From NCBI GenBank assembly GCA_038496445.1, contig JALMLS010000149.1, positions 124,001-188,000 of the forward strand: DNA of 64,000 nucleotides, written 5' to 3'. How positions within the stretch are numbered: the first letter of the stretch is position 1; the number at the start of each line of letters is the position of its first letter. The notes beneath the pieces were generated by a model. It saw only the letters and a program-made list of their open reading frames with translations. It was not told the origin of the DNA and searched no databases. This document shows, in pieces, positions 11,556-25,101 of the stretch. A program made the translations under genes and the position numbers. This DNA comes from Trichosphaerium sp. ATCC 40318. Taxonomy: Eukaryota > Protista > Tubulinea.

Positions 11556-12828
11556 CTACCAAGCTTCTCCAAGTGATCCTTTCGGCAACTTATTGTATGA
11601 TTTTATCAATGACATCGCAGCATCAAAAAGATGCTTTTTTTCTGAGCCTATTTGCAAATGTTAACTCGAACCTTATGATTTTTAGTTCAATCACGTGCTC
11701 AGTAACATTGTCCACGTGTCAAAAGTTTTTTGTGTATACAAGTGTGGAAACAACGATTTGATTTCTTGAGGGAAAGACAGGCCAGGGTCATTGACATCAT
11801 GAAGCACTATTAAATCTGCGTGTTCACGGTACCGGGCTACATCCACAATACGTCTTGACATTGGCATATTGTCAATAAGAACTACAGACCTGAAAAAATG
11901 TAAGCTCAAGTACCGTATCAAACTACAAAAAAACGGGAACTTTCCATCGTGGTTGTAAAGGTAGTGCATCCCATTTTGAAGCATCAACCTAAATGATTTT
12001 ATTTAATTAACCACGTGGGACAAACCAACCTTGCACTCTTTGTTCGGATCGAAACATCCTATTTCATTCTCGAAAGCGTCTATAAAGTGCACCATGAATG
12101 AACTACCAAAGAACTACGGAACAACATTAGTAATGCCAGCACATTTAAAAAAGGTAAAACAAAAAAATCTGTTTTCTCACTTCTTTCCATAAATGTATCA
12201 TACGTTTATTAGATACAGCTGATATAAACATCCTCTTTGGATCACGGAAAGATGTTAATTCAAGCAACATACCAGTAGATGATCTAGTAGAGCAAAGTTC
12301 AAGTATGGGTCCTCAAAAGCAAATTTAGCAAAAAACTAAAAACGTTGACAGAAGTTACCTTTTGTTGCTTGCACGGCCGCTATCAGAACCTAGATCGAGT
12401 TATGCCAGCCTATACCAATGACACCATTAATGCTTGGATTCGTACTGGTAAAAATGTAACATCTGGTCGCATGCCACCTGTCACGTGAGTTACAAAAAAA
12501 AACCCAACAATCTCAAGCTGGCAAAACTTTATACGCACCAGATACTTCTATAAAAAGCTTCACATCATCCAAGTATTTTGTTAATGATGTCTTTTCGTTG
12601 ACACGGACCACGTGGTTATCTTCTTTACAAAAACCTTTAAATTACGCGAAATATAAACCTCGTCGCACGTTGAAAGCTGTTAAGCGCTTTTTCGTTTGTA
12701 CTGTGCCATACTATCTGGAACAACCTTCTTATTCGTTTAATATGTTAAAATACAGCATATACCCACCATAGCGATGACGAAAACACCAGAATACAAACAA
12801 ATAAAAGAGCTACAGTCCTTTGTTTCAT
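11556..12828 (-). CDS. Type II membrane protein, putative class I SAM-methyltransferase-like
   Basis: N-terminal TM segment; VLIAAVQATKGPILELCS..STGMLLEL; VVLIDN..DLIVLHD; canonical splice sites. Confidence 0.45.
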
Positions 12829-13406
12829 ATTTGGGCCGAGGTAAAATAACTTAAAACAGCTGGTTTAAGTTTTTGTCATCTTTGGGCTTGTTCGTTGCTA
12901 ACTGACTGAGCTATTTCCGTTCACTGTTTTTTCCATAGTGAATGCAATCATGTGCGAGAACAAGCCAACGAAAAAGCACGTGGCGACTGATAAAACTTCG
13001 TTTGCTCATTTTTTGCAGTTTAAAGATAGTACTCTCTTTCGCAAATTACACCTTTTAACTAGCATCAATCGTAAAAATTCTAATACATTTCCATTTCTTT
13101 GTGCGTTAAAACCTCCGTATTTGTACCGAAAAACAATTCACTTTTCTGGCCGTGGTAATTATCGTTACTGCTCCGTTTTGGTTTATAGTAACTACTGCAA
13201 TGTATACTACACTAATGTGCGGCCTTCAGCGTTGTAACGGACGTCGCAATTATTTGTTCCGAAAAAAAGCGAGTTTTCACAGCCGGGTTGTTGGTACAAA
13301 TTATTTATGCGAAGTTGAAGTTCGTGTTATTAGCGCAACATCAACACCTGGTTTTTTTTTTCGCCAACAGCGTGACGTGTACGCTTTATCCAAAAAGGTA
13401 TTTATA

Positions 13407-14060
13407 ATGGGTGAACGAGACCATAAAAGAGAACTTTTGAAAGCATTCTTTATTGCAAGAAATGAATGTAGGAGAACTTTTGCAAGACTTAATGTCGTCC
13501 ATAACCAAATATTGAGGAATGATTACGACTCTAATAATACAGAAGAGCGTGAGGAGATTAGAGCTGTTAAAAATATAATAGCAGCACGTGCAATAGCAGA
13601 TATGAGAATGGCAGAATCGAATGCTAACTATGATGGAACAAGATCAAATACAAATTTCTTTGGTTTTAATGCTTATGCTATAGCACAAGATCAAAGGGTT
13701 GATGAACATAAAATGCGTGGATGCTTTACTATAAATAGTGGTAAAGATATCGACGTATCGAGTCCGTCAAATGGATCCATTGAAAGCGATGATACATCAT
13801 CAAATGATGACCTTGAACATTCTGACATTGACGGAAAAAAGGAGACTACTGAAACTACAAGAGACATAACAGACAATGAGTATAGAGAATTTGAACATAC
13901 GAGGTTACAAACGGCAGTTCCCATTACAGAAAAAACAACAATTGATGAGCTACCTTACTCTATTCATTTGACGGCGCCTTATTACTTAGATTGGGATACT
14001 AACAATACACAAATGACAGATGTAATTACACCAGATGATGTAATGTTCTTGTTAGAATAG
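13407..14060 (+). CDS. Intronless orphan protein, 217 aa, basic helical N-terminus and acidic C-terminus
   Basis: Uninterrupted ORF from ATG 13407 with coding-like composition; no recognised domain. Confidence 0.6.
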   Translation: MGERDHKRELLKAFFIARNECRRTFARLNVVHNQILRNDYDSNNTEEREEIRAVKNIIAARAIADMRMAESNANYDGTRSNTNFFGFNAYAIAQDQRVDEHKMRGCFTINSGKDIDVSSPSNGSIESDDTSSNDDLEHSDIDGKKETTETTRDITDNEYREFEHTRLQTAVPITEKTTIDELPYSIHLTAPYYLDWDTNNTQMTDVITPDDVMFLLE

Positions 14061-14320
14061 TAAGACGTCACGTATTACGTCTATTGAGTGACCATCAAAA
14101 AATAATAATTTTAGTGCTTTGTAAACATGGACACTTTCGTTTTTCTTTTTTTTGTGAAACAAGTGTTTTTTGAAAAAGAAATTAAGTTTCTTGCTCGTCT
14201 TTGTTGTTAGCAACATAGTTTTATTAGAAATCTGACATATTTTTACACAAGGTTTAAAGGATATGCTATCTTGGCATCACACCAGTGCGTAAAAAATAAT
14301 TTTGACGGTTTAAAATTGTA

Positions 14321-15541
14321 CTATGTTTCTTTGTTTTGTTGTTCTTCTTCTTGGTCTTGTTTTACAGTATGATGTTCGTTATTTTCTTTTTCATCAGTGT
14401 CCATCAAATCACTTTCCTTTGGGTCTTCCACACGAGGTTTTTTAACTAGCCTCTAAACATAAAACAATGAGAAAACATTCGAAAGGTGAAACGCAAAAAG
14501 ACAAATTCCTACTGTATACCCACCTTGCGTTTTGGAACGTATTTTTCTAGAACAGAAGCCCAATCACCTGTTTCAGCTACTTCATTCATAATTTGAAATA
14601 CTATACAACGAACTCTTAGAAAGCCTTTCTTCACTGAAAAAAAACTCGTCTTTGAAAAAAAAAAAAAGAACAAAAACGACGTTGTAACTATGTACTTACC
14701 GTGATTGACATTTAATGATTTACCATCAACATTACCTATATATTGCGGAATAGGTAATTTGACACTTTTTATACCAAGTTTTGTAGCTCGTTTAAATGAT
14801 AAACCCTAACCAAAAAAAACTTAATGTAAGAAACAATTTCTTCAATGCAAAAAAAAAAGAACACTGTTCTTTTGCTACCTTTAAGTGGTTATGATCTACA
14901 ATACCGCCAATGACATATACTTTATCCTTTTCTATTGTTGTAAGTACATCCTCTGCCTCTGGAGATAAGTATATTATTTTATCTACAGGCCATATTGATG
15001 ACACATTGCGTTCGTCTTTGAAAATCTTTCAAATCTGTTAGTGCTTTTGAAAGGCTTCGTTTTACTCTCAATGTACCTTCCATGAATCCCAATTATGCCT
15101 GGCCATTGCTGCGTGCATAGTTGGGTTTAATCCAACAATGTGTAGCTTTACACGGTACTCGCGCTTGCGTAAATAGGCGAATATGTGCATCAGTTGGTTG
15201 GATAAACCCCTTATTTCCTACAAACAACACTTGAGCATGTTTTGGGCGTTTTTACGCGTGTTTGTTGGTTTTAGGCGTACCTTGCCCGAAATATCATTTA
15301 CATAGGATACATCAATAGCCACGATAGGTAATTGCCAGTTTATGTCGTTTAATGCGGTTTGGTTAAAATATTTCTTACATTCCTTCTCTTTCTTCTTTAT
15401 TAACTTCTCTTCCTCTGAAACTGGTTGTTTTTCTTTTAATAGTTTGTTTTCTTTTGCACGCTTCCGTTTACGCCTCCAAAACTCCTTGCTTTTGGCACTT
15501 ATGCCTAGGTCTATAACTGGCTCGCTTTTCTCTTCAGCCAT
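14321..15541 (-). CDS. TRM10: tRNA (guanine-9-N1) methyltransferase Trm10
   Basis: IIYLSPEAEDVL..KVYVIGGIVDHN, VKLPI, SLNVNH, WASVL; Lys-rich N-terminus. Confidence 0.92.
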
Positions 15542-15721
15542 TGCCCCTGACTTATCACAAACACTAATTTAAGTTACGACTTCAAAATCTGTTAATTTTC
15601 TAAGTACTGAGAGCCGCACTTTTAGTCTCAATGGCAAATATATTCTCGATAAATACAGTAGACTCGATTTGAGTACATTAAAAACAAAAAAACGTTTCTA
15701 AGATAAAATACAGTTCAATTC

Positions 15722-18124
15722 TTATTGTTTTGCTTTCGCCTTTGCTTCCTCCATTTCCACAAGCTCTTTGTATCTAGCTTTGAATTTCTCTGCATTTGAT
15801 CCCTCTCCAAGAGACTCAAGGCATTTAATAACAGCAAACAGAGCTTTCTTTTCGCTCTTTAAAGCACGTAACTTTGTACAAATATCGACGTACTGAAGGT
15901 AATAAGGCAAAGCCTTAAAAAATTTACCTTTACCACAATACTTTAAGAAGAGTATTAGTGCTTAAGATTTTGAGACGTATCATGAACGTACAGCAGTACC
16001 AATATTCGACGCTACCTCGCCATGTAACATAGTAAGTTTAGGCATCGTTCTACATAACTTTTTAGCCACTTGAAAGTACGATAACGCCTAAACAAATAAG
16101 TTAGTTTCAATCAAGAAAAAAATGAGAAAAAAACCCTGACAACACCTTTTTGAAATCTTGAAGGTGCATATAGATCGTCCCTACTTCGCAACAAGATCCT
16201 ATGCCAAGTATTATATCACCTTGTTGCCTAGATTGAACTACCTAAAGACAAAAATGTTACAAAAAGGCTCGATGGTCTTCATCATGGGTAAATCGTACTT
16301 GCTGTTGAACAGTTTCCAACAAAGAAAAGATTGTATAGTAAGTCTCGTAATATCCAACCTTGTCACCAATAGATATAGCTAATTCTGCTGCCGCTCTCAA
16401 TTGCTCTGTACACTTTGATACGCGACCCTTAACAAAAAGTAAGCACTAAGAGGGACAAACAAACTAATAGGTTCCAGTCTTTGTTTTTGTTGAATAGCTA
16501 ATTACGTACTTGGTCTTTAAATGCAGAAGCCTTTGCTAATAATGTTTTAATCGTGGCTGCTACTTTAGGATTTTTAATCTGAGGTTGCTTAGAATAACCA
16601 AGTTCCACCTTGACAGCATTTGTAATCAGAATCTGTGCTGCTTGAGATGCGATTTGTCGCATTTCAGGCTCGTTTGGCATCACTGCTATACCTCTCATTG
16701 CGCATTCAATTGCACAATGGTAACGTCCTAGTGCAAGCAATAGTTTACTTTTATCTTGATAAACCTTTGCTACCACAAGTAAGCAAAGAATCGGTAAAAT
16801 GGAGGACGTCATCAACCGTGTATCCTCAAAAAAAGAAAGCAACACAATTATATTGTGTAATACCTTGTTTTGCGTTTAACCGTAGTGATGTATCATAATC
16901 TCGTAGGGCAAGGTATGTTTCATTTTGAAAAGCGTATATCCGCCCTCTAAGAAACAGGCTATTAACACAAACACAAAAATGCTACAACACTGTTTCGATT
17001 GTAAATGAGTGGTACCTATGATGATATAGTTGCGCAGTTCTTGGTGAAAGCTCAATAGCCTTACATGCAAGCTCTATAGCATGCAAATATAATTTATTTC
17101 TAAAGAAAGATTGTTGAGAGGGATGGAAGTCAAAAAAAAAAAAGAAACTGTAAAAAACGTACTGGCACGCTTGGTCGTATTCTTTTTGGAGTGATAATAC
17201 CTTCTTTACATCAGAAACTTTTTTTTCTGGAGGTGGATCATGTGTTAAACGGTAATTTTCAGCCTCAAGTGCAGCTTCTAAGCAGATAGTACCACACCCT
17301 GTAGAAAGAGGAATTAATAATTTGACATTTTTTAAGGTACTCCTACAAAAAAGAGTCATACCTTGTCCTATAATTACTAGACCAATAACAGAAGTAAGAC
17401 CAAGCTCTGGTCTATCAAAGTACCTTATAAGAAAAATATTAGATGAGGAAAGGATCAAAGGAAGAACGAGAAGCGAAGAAAACCCGAAAAGTTGTTCTGA
17501 CCAAATGTCTTTTTTTTTTGACATTTTGACACATTTTGTTTGTACTTTGTCATGTCTGTTGGTATCTTCTTTATATTATCCATCATAGCGAAGAATGCTT
17601 CTTTATTCTCTGCCTGTATTTCCATTTGTTCGTATACCCTCTCAGTGTTGATTTTGGACTGTATTGCGTCTGCAACAGCTAAAAAGAGCTTTTTGCCGAC
17701 GACTATTGTGAAAACTCAGAATTTAATGTCTAAGATGAACTCGCACAGTGTTTAGTAAGGTGTTCATTGACACGTTGTACGTTTAGTAAGTTTAGTTTAT
17801 CTATAACGCCCACATGCTTTGCTTCTACTTTTAGCGCTTGTTTAAATGCGTAAACAGCTTCCTCAAAGCGACAAAGCTTTTGGCAAGCAACTGACTCTGC
17901 CAGATACGCCTGACAGTGTTACTATACGCATACTGTAGTAATAACAAGTGGCATACCTCAACTAACACGTTTTCACCTGCTGCCTGCTTACATTTCGCTG
18001 TGTTATCCAATGTTTTACTGTACAGTTTCTGTTTTAGACTTTCTGCAAGTTGTGCGTATTCATCCTGGTGTTTAAGAGATTTTTCTCGTAATGCCTCCTC
18101 TAATCGTCTTACGACGTTACTCAT
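15722..18124 (-). CDS. Tetratricopeptide-repeat protein (one multi-exon gene; 5' part less certain)
   Basis: TPR-like segments LCRFEEAVYAFKQALKVE, AIELACKAIELSPRTAQLYHHR, LALGRYHCAIECAMRGIAVMP. Confidence 0.6.
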
Positions 18125-18264
18125 TATCACGTACGAGCGTAGGATATATTTGACCTAAAGTTGACACTTAAAAGTTCATTTTATACATTTACCATCACAA
18201 CTACAGGTACACGCTTTTCCAGCCAAATTTCGTGCAAACAGCACTATTAGACAAATGCTAGCGA

Positions 18265-20817
18265 ATGTTACGTGTAGCACGTACCTTTACTAGTCTATAC
18301 GCCTCCAGACCGACTAATTATCGCCAGTCTCGTCTTAAATACGCAATGGCAGCCAAATCACAGGCCGAAGAAGTGGATAAAGCTAATTTGACTGAAATCG
18401 AAGAGGGACAAGCTAAAATATGGATGGACTCTGCCAAAGTGTTTTATAATCCAGTTCAAGAGTTTAACCGAGATATATCGATATTAACTGCTATTACATA
18501 CTCACAACAGGAGAAAAAGCGCCGTACGTCATAATGCCAAATATTAACCGACAAAAATACTTTCGAACGCTACCATCCCAGATTTCGTTCCAATCCTCAC
18601 GACACACTCTAGTAGCTTTAAAGAATAAAGAATTTGGTGGTTTAGATATATTTGAAGCATTATCAGCAACAGGCATGTAAAAACTGCTCATAACGCTTTG
18701 GCACTAACACCCTATATTCAGGTTTGCGCTCAATACGTTACTTTAATGAAATACCGGATGTCAATGAAATTACAGTTAATGACTTGGATGAACGTGCTGT
18801 TGAAACAATCCGAAGGCATGAGCTTCTTTGACTTTTTCCCTACTTACAAAAGCCTAGGAACATCGAAGGCAATGGTATAGATACTGAAAAATGTCGTCCT
18901 AACCACAGGGACGCACGCTTGGCAATGTACGAGAACATGGGAAAGTGGAATGTCATTGATCTCGGTACGCCCATTTTCCAGCTGAAAAAAATTTAGGGTC
19001 AACTTGTTTTATTGGTTCTCCTTCTTCTTCTTATGTTTTATCTTCTCTAGATCCTTATGGTGCACCATCTATCTTTGTTGATGCAGCCGTGCAATCTGTT
19101 AGAAACGGTGGTTTGATTATGGCAACAGCAACAGACCTACCTGTACTTTGCGGTAACTTCCCTGGCACGTGTTATGGAAAGTATACCGGAAGTTCAATGA
19201 AATCACGATACTGCCATGAACAAGCTGTTCGCCTTCTACTAGGATTATTGGCAACAAGTGCCGCCAAGTACGTGCTCACTCCTTTGAAGGAGAGAAACTT
19301 GTTTTGTTTTAGATTGCAAAGCTAACACTCTGTTAGGTATCAACGTACTATTGAGCCTCTTTACTCTTTGTACATCGATTTTTATGTCCGCGTTTTTGTA
19401 CGTTGTAGAGACTCTAAACTTGGCGCAAAACTAACACCAACGTACGTCAGTGTACCTCTGTGCGAAAATCATTTGCAAAATTCAATTCTTCAGATTTCTT
19501 TGACTTCTTTCTTCATTTTTGTCAAGTTGTTATCTTTGTTTACACAAATGTGACAACAAAAAAAGAAACATAAGATTTGTATTTTGAGAAAGAGTAAACG
19601 AAAAACGACAACGTAGTTCTTTGGCATTAAGCAGAAAAAACAGATGAACTTTTTCTTAACCAGTCACTTCTTTTTCTGACATTCTTGTCTTTAGAAAAAT
19701 GGGTCTTGCTTATCAATGTCCTATTACGGATGAGTTCTATATACAACCATTAGCAACAGCTATAATGAAATCTAAGTCTGATGCAAAGATTCAAAACGCA
19801 AAGACAGTAGCACCAGCAACATCAGTAGTTGGAAGCAAGTTTAAAATAGCAGGACCGTTTTGGATCGGAAAACTTCATGACAATGACTTTACTAAAGCTG
19901 CGATTGCAAACCTCGAGTCACCTGAGTACAAGGATAAATTCAAGACACATAAACGTATGGTCGGTCTATTAACCGTAGCAAGCCACGTACGACTTTTCTT
20001 TGAAGGAACCAAAAAATGTGATATATTTTTTTGAACAAAAAAAAAATGCCTCGATGAACAACACCTTCAACCTCTTTTTTTTCTTTTCTTTCTCTTCATA
20101 ACCATATGTTTATTCTATCATAATATCACCTTATTTCATTAATCAATCAATTATATTACTAACTATCTCGTTAGGAACTTGAAAACTCGCCATTTTTTTA
20201 CTCTATTCCAAGTATTTGTAATACACTCCGTTTACAAATCCCTAAGCAAATCCTTTTTCGATCTGCTTTGGTTGCAAAGGGGTATAAAGTATCTATATCA
20301 CATGTACTACCAGATTGCGTTAAAACAGATGCACCTGCATCTGTAATTTGGGATATGTTCCGTTCTTACGTCGCTCAAAACCCTGGTATTAGACCACTTG
20401 ATAAGTTATCAAAAAATTCTCCTGCATATAAGATTTTAAGTGTTCCTCCTACGGATACTTTTGATTTCACACCAAGAGAAGACGCAGAGGTTTTGTCTAA
20501 GGACATACCTAGATTTATACCAAATCCACGTGCGCGTAATTCTGAATGCCACTTTTTTTGGATTTTTTTTCTGCTTCTGTTGGAGCTTTATTAGTGTAAC
20601 CACCTATTGCTGTCCGGAATTGTTTGATTGCGCTTTGCTAACACTAATCCTAGCTAACTGGGGACCTGGAACAAGACCAAAGGCACCTAAAAGAAAAACT
20701 CCTGATGACAAGGTAGGTCGGAACATCTCCTTTGTGTAACATACTAAAATAACCTGTTAGACTCAGAATGATGCTGAGGATACGCAACCAGCAAAGAAAC
20801 TAAAAACAAAAGAATAA
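18265..20817 (+). CDS. TRM1: tRNA (guanine-26-N2)-dimethyltransferase Trm1, probably dual-targeted
   Basis: VFYNPVQEFNRDISI, EALSATGLRSIRY, IDLDPYG, TATDLPVLCG, HEQAVRLLL, DFYVRVFV, NWGP. Confidence 0.96.
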
Positions 20818-21228
20818 AAATAAAATGTTTTGCCACCTGGTTTTATAGTGACCAAAGCCTACGTAAATAATCAAAATAGATGAGCAATGAGATACTTTTA
20901 TCAGCGTCTCAAGAGTTGACGTATGTTGTGATGACAACTGTTATCTCAGAAAATAGAGCAAACTATCACTTGAAAAAGTTCTCACGTTTGTAGTAACATT
21001 GATGCGCGTGACAAAGAAATAATGTCGCCAGTAGTCATTTTGTATAAGAAAAGGAAAGATGCTTATTTGGTCAAAAGTAAACATCGGTTCAAGGCAGAAT
21101 GTGACTTTACAGTCAAAGCAATACAGGACAGTTGCAAGTTAAAGAAATGATTAAAAACAAATAAGAGGAATTGTACAAAACGACTGAGGGTTTATTATGT
21201 TCAATTTAAAATACATCGTTTCTTTAGT

Positions 21229-24200
21229 TTACTGACCTTGTCCAGTAGCGGCACCAAGGAAACCGCCAGCTTGTTGGAACAAGTTGATTGGGTTGTCACC
21301 GGATGTGATCATGTAACCCTTCAAGCCCAATGATTGCAAGAGTTTTACTTGCATTTCTGGTCCGGCTTGGGCGATGGCCTTGATTGTATCGGCACCAATG
21401 GCGTCAACAACACCCTTGAATTTACCACCTTCGATACCTGCCAAGTCACGTGCTTTTTGGATCTCCAATTCGTTGAGAGCCTTTTGGTGAGCAATCTCGG
21501 CTTCTTGTTTGCTGGTAGATTGGGCCAATTCAGCTTCAGCACGGATGCTGTTAGCTTGGGATTGAAGTTCAGCTTGTTTGACAGCGGCTTCACCTTCAAT
21601 TTGAGCGGCAGCAGCGCGAGCGCGAGCCTCGGCTGTAGCTTGACCAGAGGCTTCTACGACAGCGCTCTTGGCTTGGAGTTCGATGAGTGAGGTTCTGGCT
21701 TTTTCGGCTTCAGCTTCATCGTTAATCTTTTGACGTTCGAGACGACCACGGGCTTCTTGTTCACGGCGCTCTGCTTCGTGTCTGGCAGCGGCTTCTTGGG
21801 ACTTGGTTGTGATCTCGATGGCCAATTGGACGGATTTTTGAAGAGCGTCACGGGTTCTTTGATCGACAGGCTCGACGGATTGGATATCGATGTTGGTGAT
21901 GAACAAGTTGTTGGAGCTGAAAGAGAATCTGTTCTTGACACCAGAAGCGTCCTTGCCGAATACGGCTTCGCGGATGATCAAGGCGGAGTTCTTGTGGAAG
22001 TCGTCGAAGGTAACGGAAGCGACACATCCACGGACACGGGAAGCGATGGCTTTGCAGGCATCACCAACGAAATCTGGTACGGAGAAGATCTTGGTAGAGT
22101 CTTCTGGATCCTCACGATCAACTTCAAAGTGCCAGTTGTATGAGAGTTTCAAAGACAAACGAGCGTGATCGCTGGTTTCGACAATGACGATATCGGTCAT
22201 AAAGTCAGGACCCAACAACAAGTGGAGGGCTTTGATGACATGTGGGCGCTTTGGCTTGTCACCAGACAAAGACAAGACTGAGAAGTGCTCATCAGGGCCA
22301 AGCATGACAAGTTCAGGACCGAAGACAACGCGAGACTAAGGACAGAAGGTAAGAAGATGTACTTGTAAAAAAAAAATTGAAAATAGAGAAGAATTTGTTT
22401 GTAGCGTACCTGTTTGGCTTTGTAATCGTAGATTTGTACAGCAGCGTTGTGTGGTGTACGGTAGGTGACGACACGGGTCTTGTCGCGGGCACCGCCAGAT
22501 TTGGAACCACCACGGGATGATCTGTCTGGGCCAGCAGACAATTCTTTGGCGATGAGGGTCTCAACAACGTCTGGGAGTGTTTTTGACCACAATTCTTCGT
22601 AAGGAGACAACATGTATGCTGTTCCAGTGACGGCTCTGACGCGACCGGTCTTCAAATCACGGACGTAGATACCTTCGTTTTCGTCGAGTGGAATTGCTCT
22701 GCGCTTCTCCATGATCTCTACTTGGGTTGGTGGGACGTAGTCGCAAGGACCGTAGATCATCCATCTGTCACCAGGTTTTCTGGTGTCTTCGCCCTCTTTG
22801 AAACCTTCACGAGCACGGAGCAAGAGTGCTTCCTCTGAATCGAGAACGTGTACGTTTTGGATGCCAGATTCGAGTCTCTCACCAGGACGCAAGAAGAAAG
22901 ATACTTCTCCCTTTTTGAGGACACGTTTACCCATTTGTGGTTTGCCGTCTTCGCCGATTGGGTCAACAATGACGGAGTATTGGCGGGATGTGAGAGTTGT
23001 AATTTTTACTTCACCAATAACCTTTTCGTATACGTCAGGAAGGTGAGTCTCAGCATCGGCAATGGTTACAAGCCATTCTTCACCGGCTTTTCTTTCTTTA
23101 CCAAAGACATCTACACAAAAGGTAAGCTACAATCCACGTGTAGTAAAATAGTTCACTGAAGCGAACCAGAAAATACTCAGAAAGTGACGTACCAACGAAG
23201 GTTCTTGTGGCTTGTAAGTGCAAAGCTTTTTTCTCTGTGAGGACGTATGCGGAGATAGTAGCTGTGACTTGTTCCTCAACGCCAGGGAGGAAAGCACCAG
23301 ATTCGCGTACTAACCATTCTTCACCAGCTTTTCTGTTAGTGCCGGCTCTGTCGACGAAAGCTTTTGAAGCTCTCAAGCGAAGGGCTTGATTTGGGAGAAC
23401 GATCTTAGCGCGAACGATTTCGACTACTTGGACCTCTACGCGAGGCAAGTATGTGCCAGGACCTTCAAACAACCACTAGAAAAACAACGTTAGAATAGGT
23501 TTTGGAAATGTTTTTTTGTTTGTGAATGAAAACCGTTGCTTTGAATTTTCTTAAAAAGAGCAAAGAGTTGTAAAAAACAGCGCAAAACAGTACCTCGTCA
23601 CCAGCAACGCGTGTTTTTTCACCATCTTCGAAATCTCTGATGCATCTAAGGCGTAGAGCTGTGTTTGGTGCAACAACTAGCGCAAATGTTAGCGGAGTGG
23701 TAATGAGAGCGTTTTAAAGGGTGGCGTCCATTATTTGAAAGCAAAAACAAAAAGAAAAAAAAAAGACGTTTAGAAAAAATAACTATGTAGCGTAACGTAC
23801 CTTGCAATGGGCTTACTTTACCATACAATTTCTCACCTAAAGGACGTTAATTTTTCCACGAAACTAGATCGAATAAAAAAAGTTTTCTTACCAGGGTACA
23901 ATGGGAAAGGATCTTGCTCAAAACGGATCTCTTCGTCACCGTGGGAGATTTTGATCTGACCTAGACGGTCAACGACAACTTTGCCGTCTGCTTGTCTAAA
24001 TCTTTTGTCAGTTTTTGATTTTTCTTGTTTTAAAACGCGGCAAAAAGGCCGAAACTGCACTACGCACCTTTGCACAGGATTCTGGATGATGCAGTAGTGG
24101 CGAGGAGGCACCATAATCATAGCGGTAGGACCAGCGATAACTTTTTCGTGGTCTTGTCTTGTGAACGTCTGAGGACCGACCTCAACGAGTGTTACATTCC

Positions 24201-24323
24201 TAAACACAAAACGTTAGTCTAAAAAAAGGACTTGGAGTGAGTTTTATTGTACTTGTTGTTATCCAAGACGTGAATGTAATGGTAAGGTTTGATACGGATT
24301 ACAGCAGGTTCAGAGCGCGACAT
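21229..24323 (-). CDS. MVP: Major vault protein
   Basis: Vault repeats ([28 protein letters not shown]); shoulder domain ([28 protein letters not shown]); cap helix ([26 protein letters not shown]). Confidence 0.98.
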
Positions 24324-25101
24324 GTTTGGGTTTATTCAGCTGCTTGTTTCGCTTGACTGTGATGAGAATATGCTGAGGTAAAGTGGTTGAAAACTCCCAA
24401 ATTTCAAAACTTTGCAGAAACCAGGAAAAGGCCAGAACCGTAATTTTGAACAAATTTCGACGAAGAATTGTGAGTCTGTTCGCGTGCGGGCGTTTGTTAT
24501 CTCACTTTCTTTCGCTTACAAGCTTCAATAAACGTTTTTCCCAAATTGTGAAATTCACCAATGTTTTGTGCACCGCCAGAGCATTCAGTGCTCTGGTTGT
24601 TTGTACATAAGGGTCTTTAGAGCTCTCTTTGCCACCGGTACATTTTTAGCCTGCATTAGTACTACGTACAGTTTTATATAAAACACAAAAATTCTTGAAC
24701 ACTTTTTGTGTAGCGCAAGTGATGCCTTTTTTCGTATTGTGAGTATGTCAGCTTTGAATTGTTTTACGGAAAAACATAGAAAAAATGTTAACTTGGATTG
24801 CTTACGTAAGCTTACGAGCTCTTTCTCTGATTTGTTTACGTCAGACGGTGGTCTTTCATGAAAATCACTAGTGGCTACTCTTTACAAACTCTAGATCTCG
24901 AAATTATAGCACGCGTAGCAACATATAGAGTCCTTTGCAGCAACGCGTTGAAAGCCAAAGATGTCACTCAGTTGCAATTCCAAAGTTGGCCAACACAACG
25001 TAAATCACAATAGGCTAGAAAGTGCATAAACTAGTTTTTTATTGGGCATTTACTAGTTACGTTGCTTTTGTTTCAACAGCTGTATCTCAGTTATATTTAA
25101 G

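Noticed and set aside
14321-20817. TRM10 and TRM1 close together as a tRNA-modification cluster
   Set aside because: Unrelated folds, separated by a TPR gene, no shared promoter; chance is sufficient
21334-22168. Long antisense and alternative-frame ORFs over MVP
   Set aside because: Shadow ORFs produced by strong codon bias; no independent motifs
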